Positions 57,584-64,000 of a DNA stretch of 64,000 nt are shown here, piece by piece. The notes under the pieces are model-generated. The model saw nothing but the letters and a program-made list of their open reading frames with translations, was not told where the DNA came from and ran no database searches. The number at the start of each line of letters is the position of its first letter. Position 1 is the first letter of the stretch. The position numbers were made by a program, and so were the translations under genes. Source of the DNA: Arenicellales bacterium (GTDB lineage Bacteria > Pseudomonadota > Gammaproteobacteria > Arenicellales > Poriferihabitantaceae); assembly GCA_963665165.1 (NCBI GenBank), contig OY761989.1, positions 2,286,287-2,350,286 on the forward strand, in the 5' to 3' direction.

Positions 57584-58624
57584 ATGAAATTTCAGCTTGC
57601 ATACAACCTGGAACGTAACGACGACACGCTGTCGGTCAGTCAGGTGATGCGACATACACTGGAAATCATACAAATGGCGGATCGCGGCGGTTTTCACATT
57701 GTCTGGGCGGCGGAGCACCACGCAATTGAAATGAACATGGCGCCCAACCCGTTCCAGATACTGACCTGGTGGGCAAACCATACCAACGATATCCGACTCG
57801 GTACCGCTGTCGCGGTGGCGGCCTACTGGAATCCGATCCGGCTGGCGGGCGAGGCCGCATTTCTGGATGTAATCAGCGGCGGACGTCTCGAATTCGGAAT
57901 CGGTTCCGGGGCGTATCAACGTGAATTCGACCGGATGCATCCCGGCCTGAAGCAACAGGACGCCTGGCGTTACATGCAGGAAATGCTTCCCGCAGTCAAG
58001 GCGCTGTGGCAGGGCGATTATGCCCACGATGGAGAATTCTGGTCATTTCCAGCCACCACTTCAGTGCCGAAACCCCTGCAAAAACCGCATCCGCCCATCT
58101 GGGTCGCCGCGCGCTCACCGATCACGTTCGACTATGCGGTAAAAAATGGGTGTAACATCCTGTGCTGGCCGATGGCCCGCTCTTTCGACGAAGAGCAACT
58201 TTATAAGGCCCGGATGGAAGAATCCATTGCCAAAAATCCGGGGTGCAGGCGTCCTGTTTTTGCCATGATGCGCCATGCCGCATTGTATGGGAACGATACG
58301 GAACGGGATTCAGCGATCCAGGCACTGCAAACCAATATGGGGCTGTTTGAGAACCTGTACCGGAACCTGGGCGATGTCGTAAATGGATTCCCCCGGCAAA
58401 TTCCCCTGGAAGACCTGGTCGAACGCGAACAGTATTATCCGGACAAACTGGAAGAAAACCTGATGTTCGGGTCTCCTGACCGGGTAATCGAAAAACTGAA
58501 ACGCCTGGAAGCACTGGGAGTGGATGAATTCGTCTATTACGCGAGCATGGGCCAGAGCCACGCAGAACAGAAAAAATCCCTGCAACTGTTCTGCGATGAA
58601 GTCATACCCGCGTTCAGTGATTGA
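57584..58624 (+). CDS. Luciferase-like (LLM) flavin-dependent monooxygenase
   Basis: WAAEHH, IRLGTA, PIRLAGE, SGGRLEFGIG.G, PKPLQKPHPPIW, GSPD motifs. Confidence 0.9.
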   Translation: MKFQLAYNLERNDDTLSVSQVMRHTLEIIQMADRGGFHIVWAAEHHAIEMNMAPNPFQILTWWANHTNDIRLGTAVAVAAYWNPIRLAGEAAFLDVISGGRLEFGIGSGAYQREFDRMHPGLKQQDAWRYMQEMLPAVKALWQGDYAHDGEFWSFPATTSVPKPLQKPHPPIWVAARSPITFDYAVKNGCNILCWPMARSFDEEQLYKARMEESIAKNPGCRRPVFAMMRHAALYGNDTERDSAIQALQTNMGLFENLYRNLGDVVNGFPRQIPLEDLVEREQYYPDKLEENLMFGSPDRVIEKLKRLEALGVDEFVYYASMGQSHAEQKKSLQLFCDEVIPAFSD

Positions 58625-58667
58625 AATCCTCTAACGGCACGGATTACCGCCTTTGCGGCCCGGAAAA

Positions 58668-60416
58668 ATGAAAAAATTATCGGGCGGTCAAGCTGCGGTG
58701 GAATCATTGCGGACAGAAAACACAAAACATGTTTTTGGCCTGATCGGCTCGGCGGCCATGGAGATGTTCGACGCGCTTTATGATGCCGGGGATATTGATT
58801 TCATCGGAGTGCACGACGAGCGGACAGGAACCCACATGGCCGATGGCTATGCCCGGGCTTCGGGGCAACCCGGAGTGGTCCTGGCCGGTCAAAATGGTCC
58901 GGGGGCGACCAATCTGGTGACCGGGCTGGCCCAGGCAAAAGCCGCTTTCTCGCCGGTCGTTTCCATCGCCGGTTCACTCTCTCTGGAACATGTTTATCGG
59001 GACGCGTTCCAGGAGGTGGATCAACAATCGCTGTTTACTCCGGTCACGAAAAAAACCTGGACCGTCACTCACGCCAAACGGATTCCGGAAATGTTCCGTG
59101 AAGCGTTTCGCCTGGCGTTGACCCCGCGATGCGGTCCGGTGCAACTCAACCTGCCAAGGGATGTGCTGGCCGACATCGCCGAATTTCCTCCGTTTCAATC
59201 GCCCCGGTCTTACCGGACACACAACGTCCCAAGCGGATCGGATGAAGCGATCGAACGGGCCGCGGAAATGCTCGCAGCCGCACAAAAACCGGTTATCGCC
59301 GCCGGCGGCGGCATCAAGAATACGGACGGATTCGAAGACATCCTGGCCCTGGCGGAAACACTGAACGCGCCGGTCACGACCTCTCCCGGCCACGGTGACG
59401 CGATTCCGTTCGATCATCCGTTGAACGCGGGACAAATGGGACCGCGTGGAAATCCGGTCGCATCCCGTTTGATGCAGGAAGCGGATGTCATTCTCGCATT
59501 GGGAACCCGATTGGGGTTCAATTCGACATTCTATTCGTATGACCACATAAACGAGCGGGCCAGCATCATCCAGGTTGAACTGGAACCGACCGCAATTGGC
59601 CGTTATTTTCCTGTGGAGCTCGGAATCTGGGCCGATGCCCGCTCCGCCGCAAGGCAACTGTGTACGGAACTGGGCAGGCAGAAAGCGCGGTCTGAAGTCG
59701 CAAAATGGACGGAGGACTTCAAACGTGACCGTATCGCCTGGCTTGACCGGCGCGACCGGGATCCGGCCATTGACCGTTATCCGATTCAGCCCGCGGCGCT
59801 GTACAAGGCGCTGCGCGGCGTACTGCCGAAAAACGCGGCGGTGACCATGGATGCGGGCACCTTGTGCCTGCAGGCGACGGACGCACTGAATTACTGGACA
59901 CCGAAATCCCTGTTCACGCCGCTGGATTTCGGTCTTGTCGGTTTTTCATTCGCCTGCGGGCTTGGCGTAAAGCTCGCGCGTCCCGAGCGTCCGGTAGTCA
60001 GCCTGATGGGAGATGGCGGTTTCGGGATGACTCTGTCGGAACTGGGCACCGCCGTGGACAACCGGATCAATACCACCACCATCGTCATGAACAACCAGTG
60101 CTGGGGCGCGGAAAAAGCCTACCAGAGGGATTTTTTCGGGGAGAGGTATATCGGCTCTGATGTCAGCAGCCCGCCATTCGACAAGGTCGCGGAGTTGTAC
60201 GGAGCGGCCGGCTATCGCGCCGACCGGGTTTCAGAGATTGCCGGCGCGGTCGAAGCGGCGCTTGATTGCGGCAGGCCGGCGGTGGTGGATGTCGCGGTTG
60301 ACCCGGAGGCGCTGTACAGCTTTCGCCGGGATTCATTCAGGCATCGTGTGGACCAGGCGGCGCCGGGGCCAGGCAGGCCAGGGCCAGCCGTCATTTCCCC
60401 CCGGCAATCAGGATGA
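58668..60416 (+). CDS. ThDP-dependent enzyme, sulfoacetaldehyde acetyltransferase (Xsc)-like
   Basis: FGLIGSA, HDE, HMADGYAR, QNGPG, FQE, GDGGFGM...NNQCWGAEK motifs; ATG at 58668. Confidence 0.8.
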   Translation: MKKLSGGQAAVESLRTENTKHVFGLIGSAAMEMFDALYDAGDIDFIGVHDERTGTHMADGYARASGQPGVVLAGQNGPGATNLVTGLAQAKAAFSPVVSIAGSLSLEHVYRDAFQEVDQQSLFTPVTKKTWTVTHAKRIPEMFREAFRLALTPRCGPVQLNLPRDVLADIAEFPPFQSPRSYRTHNVPSGSDEAIERAAEMLAAAQKPVIAAGGGIKNTDGFEDILALAETLNAPVTTSPGHGDAIPFDHPLNAGQMGPRGNPVASRLMQEADVILALGTRLGFNSTFYSYDHINERASIIQVELEPTAIGRYFPVELGIWADARSAARQLCTELGRQKARSEVAKWTEDFKRDRIAWLDRRDRDPAIDRYPIQPAALYKALRGVLPKNAAVTMDAGTLCLQATDALNYWTPKSLFTPLDFGLVGFSFACGLGVKLARPERPVVSLMGDGGFGMTLSELGTAVDNRINTTTIVMNNQCWGAEKAYQRDFFGERYIGSDVSSPPFDKVAELYGAAGYRADRVSEIAGAVEAALDCGRPAVVDVAVDPEALYSFRRDSFRHRVDQAAPGPGRPGPAVISPRQSG

Positions 60417-61871
60417 ACAACTGACCGAAAGCCGGGCAGCCCAGTCTGGCGGCGGGCTGGCGTAGACCTGGAAATCCGGTTGTTCATCGAATGGTCGGGC
60501 GAGCAATCCAACCAATTTGTCTATTTCGGAATAATCCATTTCGTCCCTGGCTTTACGAATCGCAATTTCCGCCATCCAGTTCCTTAGCACATACCGGGGA
60601 TTGACACGTTCCATCGCCCGCCTCCGGTCCCGGCCATTCGTTTCCTCGATTTCAAGCCGCTTCCGGTATCGGGTCAACCAATCCGTCAGATCCGCGCTGC
60701 AGGGCATCCCGTTCCGGCCGGAACCGGGACTGCACAACATCCGGAACGTATTGGTGAAATCCAGTTGATCGCGTTCCATAACCGTCAACAGGTCATCATA
60801 CAGCCTGCCGTCTTCGTCCGTTTCCTTGTGCAGGCCGAGTTTCGCTCTTTTCGATTTCAGGCAGGCATCGTCGAATATCCCTTCATATTTCATCAACTCA
60901 CCGGTCGCTTTTTCCACAGCCTGTTCGGGAGACTGGTCGAACAGGGGCAGCATGGCCTGGGCAAGACAACCCAGATTGAACAATCCGACCGGTCCCTGTC
61001 GATTGAATGCATACCGGCCGGTACGGTCTGAATGGTTGCAGATATGACCCGCCTGATAACGATCCATGAACCCGAAAGGCCCGTAGTCGATGGTTATTCC
61101 ATGAATGGACATGTTGTCGGAATTCATCACTCCATGACAAAACCCGACAGACTGCCATTGCGCAATCAATCGGGCGGTAAGATCGACGATGGTCGAAAAC
61201 AGGGACAGATACGGTTCACGGCTGTCCTTTAATACCGGGTAGTAATGATCCAGCGCGAAATCGGCGAGGATTTTCAGGTCGTCATAACGATTCTGGTAGA
61301 AAAGGAATTCGAAGCTGCCGAAGCGCAGGTGGCCGGGCGCGACGCGGATCAGCATGGCCCCGGTTTCAAGCTGCTCCCGATACACGTGTTCGTCACTGCC
61401 GAACAATGCCAGCGCCTGGGTCGTCGGGATGCCAAGACCGGTCATCGCGGCGCTGCACAAATATTCCCGGATTGTAGAGCGCAATACCGCCTTGCCATCC
61501 CCCTGCCTCGAATAGAGCGTCCGTCCGCTGCCTTTCAATTGCAGGTCCCATAACCGGTTGCCGCGGGTTCTGACCTGCCCCAGCAAAAGCGCTCTTCCAT
61601 CCCCGAGCCGGGGCACATACTGGCCGAACTGATGACCGGAATAGCACATCGCCAGCGGGTCCGTACCCGGCCAGGCGGAAGTCCCGCCGATCAGACTGAC
61701 GAAATCCGGCCTCGACAGTTCCCCGGGGTCGAGCTCCAGCAAATCGGCCACCCGGGTGTTGAAATGAATCAGATATTGATTTTCCAGCAACTCGGGTTGA
61801 TGCCGCGAATGGAATATTCCCGGCAAGCCGCCGTACACATTATCGAACCGGAGCGATTCAAGCGTATTCAT
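60408..61871 (-). CDS. selO: Protein adenylyltransferase SelO (YdiU)
   Basis: YSGHQFG, LGDGRA, LKGSG, DGKAVLRS.IRE, HGVMNSDN, IDYGP motifs; C-terminal SCSS. Confidence 0.95.
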   Translation of the reverse strand: MNTLESLRFDNVYGGLPGIFHSRHQPELLENQYLIHFNTRVADLLELDPGELSRPDFVSLIGGTSAWPGTDPLAMCYSGHQFGQYVPRLGDGRALLLGQVRTRGNRLWDLQLKGSGRTLYSRQGDGKAVLRSTIREYLCSAAMTGLGIPTTQALALFGSDEHVYREQLETGAMLIRVAPGHLRFGSFEFLFYQNRYDDLKILADFALDHYYPVLKDSREPYLSLFSTIVDLTARLIAQWQSVGFCHGVMNSDNMSIHGITIDYGPFGFMDRYQAGHICNHSDRTGRYAFNRQGPVGLFNLGCLAQAMLPLFDQSPEQAVEKATGELMKYEGIFDDACLKSKRAKLGLHKETDEDGRLYDDLLTVMERDQLDFTNTFRMLCSPGSGRNGMPCSADLTDWLTRYRKRLEIEETNGRDRRRAMERVNPRYVLRNWMAEIAIRKARDEMDYSEIDKLVGLLARPFDEQPDFQVYASPPPDWAARLSVSCSS

Positions 61872-62041
61872 GGCTGAATTCGATGGGTTGGTATCTTCCC
61901 GGAACGGTTTTTACTATCATTGGTTCGTGTATTGAGAAAACAGGTCAGGACCCTGCCTTTTTGATTGAAAATGAATCCGGATTGCGCGATGATCGCCCTC
62001 CTGTTTCTTTGCTATTTTAACTTTTATTTCTGATAACAAAC

Positions 62042-63346
62042 ATGACAAGAGCCGAACAAATCAAGGCCGTTGAAAACGACTGGGCGACCAACCCGCGTTG
62101 GGCAAATATAACCAGAGGCTATAGCGCGGAAGATGTGGTTCGTCTGCGCGGGTCCGTCCAGCCTGAACTGACTTATGCCCGGCGAGGCGCCGAAAGGCTC
62201 TGGAACCTGATTCACGGAGGCGCGGACAAGGGCTATGTGAATTGCCTGGGAGCGCTGACAGCGGGCCAGGCCGTACAACAGGCCAAGGCAGGGGTTGAAG
62301 CCATTTACCTGTCCGGCTGGCAGGTGGCGGCGGACAACAACAGCTCCGAAACCATGTATCCGGACCAATCGCTCTACGCCTATGATTCGGTACCTGCCGT
62401 AATTCGCAGAATCAACAATTCTTTCGCCCGGGCAGACCAGATTCAATGGTCGCGCGGCGTGGATGAATCCAGCGATGAATATATCGATTACTTCCTGCCC
62501 ATTGTCGCGGATGCCGAAGCCGGGTTCGGAGGCGTCCTGAACGCATTCGAACTGGCCAAGAGCATGATTATCAACGGCGCCGCCGGGGTGCATTTCGAAG
62601 ACCAGCTCGCCGCGGTCAAGAAATGCGGACACATGGGCGGCAAAGTACTGGTCCCGACCGGGGAAGCAATCCAGAAACTGATTGCCTCCCGACTCGCTTC
62701 AGACGTGCTCGGCGTTCCGACCCTGATCCTTGCGCGCACCGACGCGGAAGCGGCGAACCTGCTCACTTCGGACTTCGATGACAGGGACCGGCCCTTTCTC
62801 ACCGGTGAGCGCACTTCCGAAGGCTTCTATCGCGTAAGGAACGGGCTGGAACAAGCCATTTCGAGGGGGGTCGCCTATGCACCCTGGTCGGATTTGATCT
62901 GGTGTGAGACAGCCACCCCCGACCTGGGGTTTGCGCGGGAATATGCCGATGCGATACACGAGAAATACCCGGACCAGCTTCTGGCCTACAACTGTTCGCC
63001 CTCATTCAACTGGAAGAAAAACCTGGATGACAAGGATATCGCCGGGTTCCAGGATGAAATTGCCGCCATGGGTTATAAATACCAGTTCATCACTCTGGCG
63101 GGCATCCATAACATGTGGTACCACATGTACGATCTGGCTTATGATTACGCCAGGGGGGAAGGCATGCGGCATTATGTCGAAAAAGTACAGGAACCGGAGT
63201 TCTCTGCCGCATCCCGGGGGTACACGTTCGTCGCCCACCAGCAGGAAGTCGGAGCCGGTTACTTCGATGACGTGACCACCACTATCCAGGGCGGCTCATC
63301 CTCAGTGACTTCATTAACCGGTTCAACCGAAGAAGATCAATTCTGA
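62042..63346 (+). CDS. aceA: Isocitrate lyase
   Basis: [48 protein letters not shown] motifs. Confidence 0.97.
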   Translation: MTRAEQIKAVENDWATNPRWANITRGYSAEDVVRLRGSVQPELTYARRGAERLWNLIHGGADKGYVNCLGALTAGQAVQQAKAGVEAIYLSGWQVAADNNSSETMYPDQSLYAYDSVPAVIRRINNSFARADQIQWSRGVDESSDEYIDYFLPIVADAEAGFGGVLNAFELAKSMIINGAAGVHFEDQLAAVKKCGHMGGKVLVPTGEAIQKLIASRLASDVLGVPTLILARTDAEAANLLTSDFDDRDRPFLTGERTSEGFYRVRNGLEQAISRGVAYAPWSDLIWCETATPDLGFAREYADAIHEKYPDQLLAYNCSPSFNWKKNLDDKDIAGFQDEIAAMGYKYQFITLAGIHNMWYHMYDLAYDYARGEGMRHYVEKVQEPEFSAASRGYTFVAHQQEVGAGYFDDVTTTIQGGSSSVTSLTGSTEEDQF

Positions 63347-63402
63347 GCGCCCGTCACCATTACAACCGGCGTCTGTACATCGGGTACGGACGCTGATTCG
63401 TC

Positions 63403-64000
63403 ATGTGCCCTGAACGTACCAGACCGGACCTTGCCAAGCAGGTTGCTGAAACCATTCTGCATGGCTTCAACCGGCATTTTACCCGATTCCGGGAAATCAC
63501 CGTCGAGGCGAAACACCGTTTTGAAACGGCGGATTGGGAAAGCGAGGTCCAGGCCCGCAAGGACAGAATCTGGTTTTATGACAGGCGGGTGGATGAAACC
63601 GTTGACTACATCAACCATAATCTGGACCTTGACCTGGAGCATCTGGACAGACCGCTGTGGCAGGATATCAAACGCCGGTACCTGTGGCTGCTTTACGAAC
63701 ACAAGCAACCCGAACTCGCCGAGAGCTTCTACAATTCGGTTTTTTGCCGCCTCTTTGACCGCAGTTATTTCAACAATCGACACATATTCCTGAACCCCGG
63801 CAGCGCCACTGATTTTCTCGATGTGGATGATCCGGTCTATACCAGTTACTACCCGGATGAGTCGGGGCTGAAGCATGCGTTCAATCGGATCCTCAACAGT
63901 TTCGATCTTGAAAACAGTTGGCAGGATCTGCAAAGAGACCTGGATTTACTGGTCGAGAACTTCGAGCCCTGCCTGCAATCCACAATCAAACCCCGGCCCC
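63403..64000 (+). CDS. aceK: Isocitrate dehydrogenase kinase/phosphatase, 5' part (runs off the window)
   Basis: ATG 63403; AETILHGFNRHF..FREIT..AK.RFE.ADW, RI.FYD.RV, PELAESFYNSVFCRLF motifs; follows aceA. Confidence 0.88.
   Translation, partial: MCPERTRPDLAKQVAETILHGFNRHFTRFREITVEAKHRFETADWESEVQARKDRIWFYDRRVDETVDYINHNLDLDLEHLDRPLWQDIKRRYLWLLYEHKQPELAESFYNSVFCRLFDRSYFNNRHIFLNPGSATDFLDVDDPVYTSYYPDESGLKHAFNRILNSFDLENSWQDLQRDLDLLVENFEPCLQSTIKPRP

Noticed and set aside
60345-60416. Low-complexity C-terminal tail of the ThDP enzyme overlapping the selO end
   Set aside because: A short GGCCAG-rich stretch and a 9-bp convergent overlap, most simply explained by stop-codon drift; no evidence of function.
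60408-60430. Selenocysteine at the SelO C-terminus
   Set aside because: The protein ends SVSCSS-stop, the ordinary bacterial Cys form.

Overview
A 64 kb, moderately GC-rich chromosomal window from a Gammaproteobacterium. The housekeeping blocks hemA-prfA-prmC, TPR-lolB-ispE, tRNA-Gln-prs-rplY-pth-ychF and aceA-aceK point to that group; a marine or host-associated lifestyle is only an inference from gene content. Accessory modules sit between the core genes. (1) A cobamide nucleotide-loop operon cobU-cobT-cobC-cobS. (2) A compact cyclic-nucleotide/partner-switching module: frameshifted class III adenylate cyclase, REC-PP2C phosphatase, STAS, RsbW-like kinase, metallophosphoesterase and cNMP-binding protein. 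(3) A gamma-butyrobetaine/carnitine/betaine catabolic region with a non-pyrrolysine MttB methyltransferase, interrupted by a small islet with a vsr remnant and a toxin-antitoxin pair. (4) A bacterial voltage-gated Na+ channel. (5) The strongest candidate for a new system: a hypB-hypA-ureohydrolase alpha-ureohydrolase beta(inactive)-ABC transporter-tetR-glcG operon. Its two hydrolase subunits closely resemble the Ni-dependent heteromeric metformin/dimethylguanidine hydrolase family, but with apparent pocket substitutions and a polyamine-type importer, suggesting an unknown natural guanidine substrate. (6) A CobS/CobT-like AAA/VWA pair beside hemH and cbiX, followed by a luciferase-like monooxygenase and an Xsc-like ThDP enzyme. 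All family assignments come from motifs read by eye and from recall; no database searches were run.
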